Shown here in pieces: positions 9,738-18,382 of a DNA stretch of 64,000 bases. This DNA comes from an uncultured Geobacter sp. Its GTDB lineage: Bacteria > Desulfobacterota > Desulfuromonadia > Geobacterales > DSM-12255. The stretch is taken from contig CAYSJJ010000001.1 in assembly GCA_964431365.1 (NCBI GenBank), forward strand, positions 33,214-97,213, written 5' to 3'. The position numbers and the translations under genes are program-made. How positions within the stretch are numbered: the stretch's first letter is position 1; every line of letters starts with the position of its first letter. Under the pieces are notes generated by a model, which saw only the letters and a program-made list of their open reading frames with translations, was not told the DNA's origin and did not search any database.

Positions 9738-10880
9738 TCAGGCGGCACGGGCCGCTGGCAGGGGGATGGCGGCTGCAGGGACACCGGCATCCAGCAGGCT
9801 TTCGATGGCGGCGAAATCGATGACCTGCTCCGCCTGACCGGTGATCAGGGAGATCTTTTCCGTGTCTTCCGCCACGATCTTGGAGACATGGCCGTTCAGG
9901 GCCGAGAAGACCTCCGCGGTGGTCTGCTCGATCCGGATATGGGGGATGCCGCTGTCGTCGATGATCTTCTGGGTGATGGCCGAAACCGGTGCGTGGCCGG
10001 GAACGACGATGCCGGCAATCTTCTCGCGGTAGGCGGGTATGTTGTACAGCGACGACAGGGTCACCAGGAGTTCGTCGCGGGAGCTGGTGGTGATGAGCAG
10101 GGTCGACTCCCGGAGATTGTCGATGACCTTCTGGGAGGAGGCCGCTCCCAGCTGGATGTTGTGGATGATCCGCTGCTTCTGGCCCTGGTCGCCGTGCAGC
10201 GGATGGGCCAACAGCCGGGCAACACTCTGCAGGGTCGGATCGGCCAGTACCGGCGAGTAATCGAATGCCCCGCTGACCCGAATGCCGCTTTCGGCAAAGA
10301 ACTTTTCCAGGTAGGCGAGGGACGACTCCCGCTTCTCCGGCAGGAGCTTGTTGACCAGAAGCATCCGCACCTGAACGCCCGCCTCCTTGTACAGGGCGAT
10401 GTTGAGCCGGGCCGAGTCGATGACGTTGCCGATGCCGCCGCCAGCCACCATGACCACCGGCGCGTTCACCAGCTTGGCCATGTCGGCGTTGTTGAGACCG
10501 ATGACCGACCCAACGCCCCCATGGCCGGCCCCCTCCACGAGGAGCAGGTCGCAGCGGGACTCCAGTTCCCGGCAGGCCGCGACGATCCGCTCGGCTGCCC
10601 ACTCCCGGCAGAGCTCACCGTCCAGATACCGTTTCGTCGAGCCTTTACCCAGTACCAGCGGCGACATGAGTGCGATCTGCTCTTCCAGCCCGAAGACGGT
10701 GGCCATGAGGGCGGCGTCCTTGTCCACCACCACACCGCCGAACTCCTGGCACTTGGGGCCGAGCGGCTTGATGTAGCCGACCCTGCCATAGCGCTGCCGG
10801 GCCAGATGCATGAGCGAGAGGCTGATGGTGGTCTTGCCGCAATGTTGGCCCGTTGCCGCGATGAACAGCTTTTTGCACAT
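9738..10880 (-). CDS. BioD/CobB-like P-loop NTPase plus DRTGG-like domain protein, paralog 2
   Basis: LFIAATGQHCGKTT; colinear with 5854..6960 (IIHNIQLGAASSQ, TSSRDELLVTLS). Confidence 0.85.
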   Translation of the reverse strand: MCKKLFIAATGQHCGKTTISLSLMHLARQRYGRVGYIKPLGPKCQEFGGVVVDKDAALMATVFGLEEQIALMSPLVLGKGSTKRYLDGELCREWAAERIVAACRELESRCDLLLVEGAGHGGVGSVIGLNNADMAKLVNAPVVMVAGGGIGNVIDSARLNIALYKEAGVQVRMLLVNKLLPEKRESSLAYLEKFFAESGIRVSGAFDYSPVLADPTLQSVARLLAHPLHGDQGQKQRIIHNIQLGAASSQKVIDNLRESTLLITTSSRDELLVTLSSLYNIPAYREKIAGIVVPGHAPVSAITQKIIDDSGIPHIRIEQTTAEVFSALNGHVSKIVAEDTEKISLITGQAEQVIDFAAIESLLDAGVPAAAIPLPAARAA

Positions 10881-11074
10881 AGGGTGAACACTCCTGCCGA
10901 AAGTGTCGATTTTAAATCCAGTATAGCCAATGGGAGACGGCGGTTTCAAACACGTATACCATTAGAATCGTATACGTTTCAGCCGTGAGCGTGGCAGGGT
11001 CGCCGAAACACTTTCGGGAGGGAAGGATTCACGCTATACTCACGCCTGATCCTTGAGAGGATGTTAACTATTCT

Positions 11075-11194
11075 GGTTGCTCAAAAATGGCCAGATCGTC
11101 GCACCCGCAGCAAGCTTCGAGGGAGGCGTAGCGGCGCTACGCCGCACTGAGGAGCTTGCGAGGACGGCGGCGAGATGGCTGTTTTTCAGCAACC
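11075..11194 (-). repeat. Family A MITE-like palindromic repeat, copy 1 (120 bp)
   Basis: Ends GGTTGCTCAAAAA...TTTTTCAGCAACC; central GGCGTAGC/GCTACGCC hairpin; closely matches five other copies. Confidence 0.95.
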
Positions 11195-11211
11195 GGCCAC
11201 AGGAGTCTGAC

Positions 11212-11868
11212 ATGGAGCTGCTGAACGACGTTGAGGTCCGGGTGCTTGGCTGCCTCATCGAGAAGGAGCTGACCACCCCGGAGTATTACCCCCTGACCCT
11301 CAATGCCCTGACCAATGCCTGCAACCAGAAATCGAACCGCGATCCGGTGCTGGTCCTGGCGGAAGCGGACGTGGTGCGCGCCCTTGACCGGCTGAAATTC
11401 AAGGGGCTGGCGCGGCTCTCTGCCGAAGCTGGGCGGGTGCCGAAATACTGCCATTCGTTGACTGAAAAGTATCGCTTCGCACCGTCCGAACTGTCGGTGC
11501 TGGCCGAACTGCTGCTGCGCGGCCCCCAGACCGTCGGCGAACTGCGCGGCCGCGCGGAGCGGATGGCCTCATTCGCCGATCTTGCCGCCGTGGAGCAGGT
11601 GCTGGATGAGCTGATGGGGCTCGATCCTCCTCTGGTCGGGCGTATGGCCCGCCAGCCTGGCCGGAAGGAGTGCCGCTATGCCCACCTTCTGGCCGGAGAG
11701 CCGCAACTTTCGGCCGAAGATGTATCTGCCCAGCCGGAGGCGGCACGGCTCCGCGTCATGGCCGAAGACGAGCGGATCAGCAGGCTCGAAGGGGAAGTCA
11801 CCACGCTCCGGAACGAGGTTGCCGAGCTTCGGCGGTTGATGGACGAGTTCAAATCCCAGTTCGAATGA
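11212..11868 (+). CDS. YceH/DUF480 family protein
   Basis: RVLGCLIEKELTTPEYYPLTLNALTNACNQKSNRDP and LLLRGPQT; AGGAG RBS before ATG 11212. Confidence 0.92.
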   Translation: MELLNDVEVRVLGCLIEKELTTPEYYPLTLNALTNACNQKSNRDPVLVLAEADVVRALDRLKFKGLARLSAEAGRVPKYCHSLTEKYRFAPSELSVLAELLLRGPQTVGELRGRAERMASFADLAAVEQVLDELMGLDPPLVGRMARQPGRKECRYAHLLAGEPQLSAEDVSAQPEAARLRVMAEDERISRLEGEVTTLRNEVAELRRLMDEFKSQFE

Positions 11869-11890
11869 CAATGCTCTAACCTGCTGATCG

Positions 11891-11940
11891 TTTTCATTAA
11901 TAAAACGGCGATTGCATGGTCGTCGTTTTATTAATGAAAA
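11891..11940. repeat. 50-bp AT-rich palindrome
   Basis: TTTTCATTAATAAAACGGCGA-8 nt-TCGTCGTTTTATTAATGAAAA; 21-bp stem with one G-T pair. Confidence 0.9.
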
Positions 11941-12173
11941 GACCGGTTCTCCCGCAATTCCTCCTCGCTTTTTCAATCCTAACAGTTCAAAATTAAATCA
12001 CTATTTTTAACGACTGGAAAAAATTACGACAAGAAAACCAAATTTCCCCTTGACTAAGTTAGGGTCGATAGATTAATTTATTTAAAAACAAGACAAAAAT
12101 GGTCCTGTTTAACCGATGCGCGGCTTCTCAGGGATACGCTCCCTCTATTTTACTGTTGCGAAAGGAGTAGCAA

Positions 12174-12782
12174 ATGGTAAGGAACGTAGTTGGCCTCATG
12201 GTAGTGGTAGCCCTCTGTGTGATGTCGCTGTCGTCGGTTGTGCAGGCTGAAGAGCTGAAGAAGTACGGTGTACGGGTGAGGGCGATCTATGTGATGCCTG
12301 ATGAGGCGTTCGACGACGCTGAGATGGCTTCCCTGGTCAGACTGGACGATGCGGTCATCCCCGAACTCGATCTCGAGTACTTCTTCACCAAGAACATCTC
12401 CACGGAAGTAATCCTCGGCGCCTCCCACCATGACGTACGGCTGAACAATCAGGTTGCCGGTTCCACATGGCTGCTGCCGCCGACGTTGACCCTGAAGTAC
12501 CATCCGCTCCCCAATGAAACCATCAGCCCCTATCTGGGTGCCGGCGTGAACTTTACCCTTCCGTTCAGCTCCATGCTGAGCGGGGTGAACGACTTCAAGA
12601 TTGACAACTCGTTCAACTGGGCTGCCCAGGCCGGCGTCGACATCAAGTTCAAGGACAACATCTTCTTCAACATCGACTACAAATATGTCGCCATAGACAC
12701 CAAGGCCCGCATTGCCGGGGTCAAGTACGACCTGGACATCAACCCGCATCTGTTCGGCGTCGGGATCGGCTATCGTTTCTAG
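12174..12782 (+). CDS. ompW: OmpW family outer membrane beta-barrel
   Basis: Signal peptide; LLPPTLTLKYH and PYLGAGVN motifs; C-terminal GIGYRF. Confidence 0.9.
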   Translation: MVRNVVGLMVVVALCVMSLSSVVQAEELKKYGVRVRAIYVMPDEAFDDAEMASLVRLDDAVIPELDLEYFFTKNISTEVILGASHHDVRLNNQVAGSTWLLPPTLTLKYHPLPNETISPYLGAGVNFTLPFSSMLSGVNDFKIDNSFNWAAQAGVDIKFKDNIFFNIDYKYVAIDTKARIAGVKYDLDINPHLFGVGIGYRF

Positions 12783-12892
12783 GAAGTCCTGTGTTTGAAC
12801 GAAGGTAGTGAGAGGTGATCCATTCCGTTCGCAGCTTGATCGGATGGAATTTGTTGACAACAGCAATCTGCTGTGATAAACAAGTCCGGTTT

Positions 12893-12967
12893 TGGGGTGT
12901 CGCCAAGCGGTAAGGCAACGGACTCTGACTCCGTTATTCCGAGGTTCGAATCCTCGCACCCCAGCCA
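12893..12967 (+). tRNA. tRNA-Gln (CTG)
   Basis: Cloverleaf with TGGGGTG/CACCCCA acceptor, loop CTCTGAC, GGTTCGAATCC and encoded CCA; TTGACA at 12854. Confidence 0.97.
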
Positions 12968-12975
12968 GACTATTC

Positions 12976-13005
12976 AAGGGCTAGCATGAAATGCTAGCCC
13001 TTTTT
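12976..13005 (+). terminator. Terminator-like hairpin between the two tRNAs
   Basis: AAGGGCTAGCAT-GAA-ATGCTAGCCCTT followed by TTT. Confidence 0.7.
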
Positions 13006-13024
13006 ACCCACCCCAGCCGTTTCC

Positions 13025-13100
13025 GGACGCGTAGCTCAGTTGGTAGAGCAGGCGACTCTTAATCGTCAGGTCGTAGGTTCGAAGCCTACCGCGTCCACCA
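13025..13100 (+). tRNA. tRNA-Lys (CTT)
   Basis: GGACGCG/CGCGTCC acceptor, loop CTCTTAA, GTAGG-TTCGAAG-CCTAC T-arm, ACCA end. Confidence 0.95.
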
Positions 13101-13236
13101 TAGTTTGATCCGATTCTTTCAGATTACCCATCCTTTGAGCGCACCATGCCCCAGGCGGCCGGTGCGCTCTTGTTTTTTGCCCCTCTTCCGTTACAGTTGA
13201 CGCACAGGAAAAATTCATGACATCCAGGAGGAACCC

Positions 13237-13752
13237 ATGCAGGAAAGAAAAGGAGTCATCACGTTCAAGGGGAACCCGTTCACCCTGCTCGGACCGGAAC
13301 TTAAGGTGGGGGATGCCGCGCCCGACTTTACTGTCGTCGACAACGGCCTGGCGCCGGTGTCGCTGGCCACGTACAGCGGCAAGATCAAGGTGATCAGTGC
13401 CGTCCCCTCGCTGGATACGCCGGTCTGCGACATGGAGACCCGCCGCTTCAACCAGGAGTCCGCATCCCTGCCGGAAAACGTAGCCGTGTTGACCATAAGC
13501 CTCGATCTTCCCTTTGCCCAGAAGCGCTGGTGCGGCGCCGCCGGCATCGACCGGGTGACGACCCTCTCCGACTACCAGGAGCGCTCCTTTGCCCAGGCCT
13601 ACGGCGTCCTGATCAAGGAGCTCAAGCTTCTCTCCCGGTCGATCTTCGTCATCGACGCCAACAACACGATCCGCTACATCCAGCATGTGCCGGAGGTGAC
13701 CAGCGAGCCCGATTACGCGGCTGTCCTGGCTGCGGTGCGGGCGCTACTCTAG
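13237..13752 (+). CDS. tpx: Thiol peroxidase (atypical 2-Cys peroxiredoxin)
   Basis: VPSLDTPVC, SLDLPFAQKRWCGA and EPDY motifs. Confidence 0.96.
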   Translation: MQERKGVITFKGNPFTLLGPELKVGDAAPDFTVVDNGLAPVSLATYSGKIKVISAVPSLDTPVCDMETRRFNQESASLPENVAVLTISLDLPFAQKRWCGAAGIDRVTTLSDYQERSFAQAYGVLIKELKLLSRSIFVIDANNTIRYIQHVPEVTSEPDYAAVLAAVRALL

Positions 13753-13764
13753 AAAAAAACAGTT

Positions 13765-13875
13765 GTCCACGAGACGCACGAACTAAATCAAACCATCATG
13801 GTATGATCTGCTCGATGCATTGCCGATCTGCTGCAGTTCTGCATCAGTTCGTGTTTTTTCGCGTCGTTTGTGGAC
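13765..13875. repeat. Imperfect inverted repeat of the CACGAA/TTCGTG type
   Basis: GTCCACGAGACGCACGAAC ... GTTCGTGTTTTTTCGCGTCGTTTGTGGAC. Confidence 0.55.
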
Positions 13876-13943
13876 CGAATAAGCAGTGTTTAGGAAGAGA
13901 CGGGAACGGGGAGGGCCACGAAAGGCTCCTCCCCGTTTTGCGT

Positions 13944-14897
13944 TCAGCCGGCAGGTCGCAGTTCGGGAAAGGCGCGCAGGACCTCGCGGACCGCCATGAT
14001 GGAGAGGCTGTTGCCGATCAGGTGCCATCGTCTGCGGAGCGGTACCGAGGCCGGGAAACGGAAGTCGGCAGGAAAGTGGAGGAGCCGGGCGATCTCTTCG
14101 GGGGTGAAATGTCGGACAACACCCCCCTGGCGCAGGTAGGAGCCGGCGTTGGAGATCGATTTGCCGTAGCCGGAGGTGAAGCAGGTGGTGTAGACGGCCG
14201 GGTCGGCCGGTTCCAGGATGCGCAGGCCTTTGCCGAAGCGCTCCAGTATGTCGTCGGCCAGCCTCAGCTCCCCCGGAGTCGCCGCCGCTGCCGACGGGTC
14301 GAGGTACTCCGCGAGCGCCGACTTCTGCTGCGGTGACGGTTCTTGCGCCAGGAGCGGGCCGCGGGAGGCCGTAAGATAGTAACGGGGACGGCGGGACGGA
14401 ACCCCCAGTTCGGTGGGGCAGAGCTGGCGCTCCACCACTCCATACCCCCGTGCGGCGAGGATTTCGGTGAGCCGGCAGTGGGCCTGGGAGCCGACGAAGC
14501 CGGCCACGTTCTCCAGCGCCAGGTGGCGCGGCAGCCGTTCGTTCGGCATCCGGGCCAGGAGCTCCATGATCCGGACCAGGCTCCGGGCGCGGTGGTCCGC
14601 CAGGTCGCGGCGGACGCCCCGCTCGCAGTAGGGCTGACAGGGGGGGGAGAGCCACCAGAGGTCGGCGCCGGCGCTGGTCAGTTCCCAGGCGCTGATCCGC
14701 TCCAGGTCCGCCTGCTGTGCCGGGTGCCCCGGAAAGTTGTGACGGTAGACCGAAAGCGCCTCTGCGCTCTGGTCGAAAGCCCCCACCACCCGGACGTTCA
14801 AGACTGCCACGGCGGCGGCAAAGCCGCCGATCCCGCAAAAAAGCTCCAGCGCCCGGATCGGCGCGGCTCCCTGATCTGTTCCGGTCATCCCGTTCAT
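13944..14897 (-). CDS. Dnmt2/TRDMT1-like C5-cytosine (tRNA C38) methyltransferase
   Basis: ELFCGIGG, SPPCQPY, LENV, RPRYY, the Dnmt2-specific CFTSGYG, and LIGNSL. Confidence 0.88.
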   Translation of the reverse strand: MNGMTGTDQGAAPIRALELFCGIGGFAAAVAVLNVRVVGAFDQSAEALSVYRHNFPGHPAQQADLERISAWELTSAGADLWWLSPPCQPYCERGVRRDLADHRARSLVRIMELLARMPNERLPRHLALENVAGFVGSQAHCRLTEILAARGYGVVERQLCPTELGVPSRRPRYYLTASRGPLLAQEPSPQQKSALAEYLDPSAAAATPGELRLADDILERFGKGLRILEPADPAVYTTCFTSGYGKSISNAGSYLRQGGVVRHFTPEEIARLLHFPADFRFPASVPLRRRWHLIGNSLSIMAVREVLRAFPELRPAG

Positions 14898-14991
14898 GGC
14901 GGCGCATTGTAGAAGGCGCGGCCGATCCCTGTCAAGGGGAGCCGACGAATTCGCGTGGTATACTTTCACTATGACGTACCGGAGGTGATCT

Positions 14992-15774
14992 ATGCGAAAC
15001 ATGATCATTGCGCTCTGCGCCCTGCTGACGTTGGGTGGGGTGGCCGAGGCGAAGATAGTGACAAGGGTCGTCGAGTACCGTCAGGGGGACGCGATCCTTG
15101 AAGGGTACCTGGCCTATGACGATGCCCTGAGCGGGAAGCGGCCGGGGGTGCTGGTGGTGCACGAATGGACCGGCCTCGGGCCGTATGTGCAGAAGCGGGT
15201 GCAGCAGCTGGCCGGGCTAGGCTATGTGGCGTTCGGCGCCGACATCTACGGCAAGGGGATCAGGCCGGGCAATCCGAAGGATGCGGCTGCAATCGCCGGC
15301 AAATACAAGGCGGACCGACAGCTCATGCGGGCTCGGGCTCAGGCGGGGCTCGACGAGCTCCGGAGGCAGCCCGGCGTCGATACCGGCCGGCTCGCTGCCA
15401 TCGGCTACTGCTTCGGCGGCACCACGGTGCTGGAGATTGCCCGGAGCGGCGCCGACCTGCGAGGGGTGGTGAGCTTCCACGGCGGTCTCAACACGCCGAC
15501 CCCGGCAGATGCCGTCAGGATCAAGGCCCGGGTGCTGGCCCTGCACGGCGCCGACGACCCATTCGTGCCGCCGCCGCAGGTGGCGGCCTTCCAGGACGAG
15601 ATGCGGGGCGGCGGCGTGGATTGGCAGATGATCTACTACGGCGGTGCGGTCCACAGCTTCACCAACCCTGACTCGGGGAACGACCCGAAGAAGGGGGCCG
15701 CCTACAACGAGCGGGCCGACCGGCGGTCGTGGGAGGCGATGAAGCTCTTCTTCGACGAGATCTTCGGCAAATAA
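14992..15774 (+). CDS. Dienelactone hydrolase family protein, exported
   Basis: Signal peptide; HEWTGL, GYCFGG, HGADD and HSFT motifs. Confidence 0.93.
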   Translation: MRNMIIALCALLTLGGVAEAKIVTRVVEYRQGDAILEGYLAYDDALSGKRPGVLVVHEWTGLGPYVQKRVQQLAGLGYVAFGADIYGKGIRPGNPKDAAAIAGKYKADRQLMRARAQAGLDELRRQPGVDTGRLAAIGYCFGGTTVLEIARSGADLRGVVSFHGGLNTPTPADAVRIKARVLALHGADDPFVPPPQVAAFQDEMRGGGVDWQMIYYGGAVHSFTNPDSGNDPKKGAAYNERADRRSWEAMKLFFDEIFGK

Positions 15775-15805
15775 GCGGCCAGGGGCGAGGTCTGCGGGGG
15801 GTAAC

Positions 15806-16231
15806 ATGAACAGGGAACGACGGAGTACGCCCGCATTCCCGCTCCAGGTCCTGTACGACGGCGCCTGCATCGTCTGTGCGACCGAGATCGCGCACTACCT
15901 GGAAAAGGACCGGGCCGGCCAGCTGAGGGGGGTGGACATCAGCGCCGAAGGATTCGATGCGGCCGACTACGGGCTCACCAGGGCCGAGGTGATGGCCCAG
16001 TTGCACGCCATCGACAGCCAGGGTCGGCTCTACCGCGGGGTGGAGGCGTTCCGGGCCATCTGGCAGGCCTTTCCCTCCTCGACGCTGTACGGACTCCTCG
16101 CTACCCTCGTCACCCTCCCGTTCCTCTCTCCCCTGGCGCGCCTCGCCTACCGCTGCTTCGCCCGCATCAGGCGCTTTCTCCCCAAGAAGCGGACCGCCTG
16201 TGGCGGCATCTGCCAGCTTCGCCGTCCTTGA
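15806..16231 (+). CDS. DCC1-like thiol-disulfide oxidoreductase (DUF393)
   Basis: YDGACIVC (DxxCxxC) and AYRCFARIR. Confidence 0.87.
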   Translation: MNRERRSTPAFPLQVLYDGACIVCATEIAHYLEKDRAGQLRGVDISAEGFDAADYGLTRAEVMAQLHAIDSQGRLYRGVEAFRAIWQAFPSSTLYGLLATLVTLPFLSPLARLAYRCFARIRRFLPKKRTACGGICQLRRP

Positions 16232-16335
16232 CGAACCGTGTCGAATCGTATAACAGTGACGATTCGTGCCCCATCCGTCCGTTTTTGTGCCGATCCGGGA
16301 ACCCCATCACCAGAGCAGCAAGGAGAGAGCAGACC

Positions 16336-17634
16336 ATGACGGCACCGTTATCGCCCCTGCCGGGCCGCCTGCCCCGCCTGCTGCTCGTCTACCCGGCAAC
16401 GGAGAAGCTCGGCTGGGTCCGCCGTTTCCAGCTCCCGTCCCTGGCCCTGCAGCAGGTGGCCGCCGCCACCCCCCCTCACTGGGAGGTGGTGCTGGCCGAC
16501 GAGGTGCACGAGGAGGTGCCGTTCGACGGCACGTTCGATCTGGTCGGGATCACCGCCATGACGCACCAGGCAAACCGGGCGTACGTCATTGCCGACCGTT
16601 TCCGGGAGCGGGGGGTGCCGGTGGTGCTCGGCGGCATGCATCCCACCGTCCTCCCCGACGAGGCCCTCGGCCATGCCGACGCCGTGGTGGTGGGGGAGGC
16701 GGAACCGGTATGGGCGACCCTGTTGGAGGAGCTGCTGGAAGGCCGTCTGGCCCCGCTCTACCGGGCGCCGATCCCGGACGGCGACACCCTCACCATCCCC
16801 TGGTCCCGGCGCGACCTCTTCAGCGGCAGGAAATACCTCACCACCCAGACCCTCCAGGCGAGCCGCGGCTGCCCCTACGATTGTCCCTTCTGCGTCACCA
16901 CCAACTATTTCGGCAACCAGTTCCGCTACCGTGCGCCCGAGGAGATCCTGGCCGAACTCCGCACCTTCGACCGGAAGCTGACCGTCTTCCTCGACGACAA
17001 CCTGCTGGGAAATCCGGCCCGGGCCGTGCCGATCCTGGAGGGGATGGCCGACCTGGGGCTCAAGTGGGGGGGACAGACCGGCCTTCGCTTCGCCGAAGAC
17101 CCGGAGCTGGTCCGCCTCGTGGCCCGTTCCGGCTGCATCGGCCTCTTCGTGGGGATCGAGTCGGTGAGCGGCGCCCATGCCGGCCTGGCCAAGTCCCAGT
17201 CCGGCTCCTCCCACAAGGAGCTGATCCGACGGGTCCAGGAGGCAGGGATCATCGTGGAGGCGTCCTTTGTCTTCGGCTTCGACGACCACGACGAGGGGGT
17301 CTTCGAGGAGACGCTCCGCTACGTGGAGGAGTGCAGCCCGAGCATCCCCACCTTCCACATCCTCACCCCCTATCCCGGGACGTCTCTCTTCGCGCAGTAC
17401 GAGCGGGAGGGAAGGCTCCTGCACACCGACTGGGACCGCTACAACCACAACGAGGTGGTGTTCAGGCCGAAGCAGATGTCGCCGGAACGGCTCTACCGCG
17501 GGTGGGTGGAGGCGCGGCGGCAGGCCTACTCCTGGTCGTCGGTCCTGGGGCGGGTCGCCCGCAACCCCAACCCCCGCTTCACCAATTTCGCCTACAACCT
17601 GCTCCGCAAGGGGCCCAACGACAGTTTGAAGTAG
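16336..17634 (+). CDS. B12-binding domain radical SAM protein
   Basis: VVLGGMHPT, VVVGEAE, SRGCPYDCPFC, FLDDN and LTPYPGT motifs. Confidence 0.92.
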   Translation: MTAPLSPLPGRLPRLLLVYPATEKLGWVRRFQLPSLALQQVAAATPPHWEVVLADEVHEEVPFDGTFDLVGITAMTHQANRAYVIADRFRERGVPVVLGGMHPTVLPDEALGHADAVVVGEAEPVWATLLEELLEGRLAPLYRAPIPDGDTLTIPWSRRDLFSGRKYLTTQTLQASRGCPYDCPFCVTTNYFGNQFRYRAPEEILAELRTFDRKLTVFLDDNLLGNPARAVPILEGMADLGLKWGGQTGLRFAEDPELVRLVARSGCIGLFVGIESVSGAHAGLAKSQSGSSHKELIRRVQEAGIIVEASFVFGFDDHDEGVFEETLRYVEECSPSIPTFHILTPYPGTSLFAQYEREGRLLHTDWDRYNHNEVVFRPKQMSPERLYRGWVEARRQAYSWSSVLGRVARNPNPRFTNFAYNLLRKGPNDSLK

Positions 17635-17654
17635 GTGGCTGCCCCTGAAAAAAC

Positions 17655-17881
17655 GTGAGGGGGGAGCGCCCCGCTCCGCTCCGACTGCCGAGAATCGTGC
17701 CGGCGAGGACTGAGTGCCTCGTGGAGCGACTGTGCCCGAGTACCAGCCGCTGTAGGCGAAATGGAGCAGCCGGCCCTTCCTGTCTGAGCCCGTCAGGGCG
17801 AGTTGATGGGCCTGCGCGCAATGAGCCGTACAGCGGCGGTGCGAGCGGCACTCGGAGCGGAGCGGGGTGCTCGGTCCTCAC
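17655..17881 (-). repeat. Family B structured repeat, copy 1 (extended, ~36-bp terminal inverted repeats)
   Basis: Reverse-complement core CCGCTGTACGGCTCATT...AACTCGCCCTGACGGGCTCAGACA...CTCCATTTCGCCTACAGCGG; arms 17655-17690 and 17846-17881 are complementary. Confidence 0.9.
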
Positions 17882-17896
17882 CCCTCCTGAGCGCGG

Positions 17897-18226
17897 CTAC
17901 GCCCGGATCATCACCAGCAGCATCTTGAACCGGACCTTGGCCCGCAGGGAGTGGGGGTGGTTGGCCGGCATGATGACGAACTGCCCGGTCTCGACGGTCT
18001 GGGGAGTGCCGTCGATGGTGACCTCGCCGGTGCCGTCGACGACCTGGACAAAGGCGTCGTACGGGGCCGTGTGCTCGGAGAGCCCCTGCCCTTCGGCAAA
18101 GGCGAACAGGGTGATGGTGCCGATCTTCTTGTCGATGAGGGTCCGGCTCACCACCGACCCGGGCTGGTAGGCGACCAGGTCGGCCATGGTGATGGCCGTG
18201 CCGATCAGATCTTGGGTGTCGCTCAT
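17897..18226 (-). CDS. Cupin domain protein
   Basis: LFAFAEGQGLSEHTAPYDA and MPANHPHSL; AGGAG RBS. Confidence 0.92.
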   Translation of the reverse strand: MSDTQDLIGTAITMADLVAYQPGSVVSRTLIDKKIGTITLFAFAEGQGLSEHTAPYDAFVQVVDGTGEVTIDGTPQTVETGQFVIMPANHPHSLRAKVRFKMLLVMIRA

Positions 18227-18292
18227 GGGTGCTGCTCCTTTCAGTGATAACTCGTCCTTACAGCTAAAGCATACAGCACTTTCCTGCCAACG

Positions 18293-18310
18293 CCTTGATA
18301 CAGGTCAAGG
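18293..18310. promoter_or_regulatory. Fnr/HcpR-like box upstream of the cupin gene
   Basis: CC-TTGAT-ACAG-GTCAA-GG; centre lies about 41 bp from the start implied by a minus-strand TATGCT -10 at 18268-18273. Confidence 0.55.
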
Positions 18311-18382
18311 GAGCGCACCTCTTCCCATTTTCCCTCCCCTGTAGTAGTATCCACCCCCTCAAAACAACCGACAGGAGTCGTA

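Noticed and set aside
11077..11211. N-terminal extension MLKNGQIVAPAASFEGG... on the YceH protein, and similar peptides in ORFs at 30708, 33761 and 44880-46679
   Set aside because: These are translations of the family A repeat; the real start at 11212 has an AGGAG RBS.
13944..14897. Restriction-modification system
   Set aside because: No adjacent nuclease or specificity gene; the CFT motif points to Dnmt2.
17579..18170. ORFs containing PPLYGSLR or HRRCTAH (also near 27776 and 61742-62129)
   Set aside because: These are translations of the family B repeat, with no consistent start, stop or RBS between copies.
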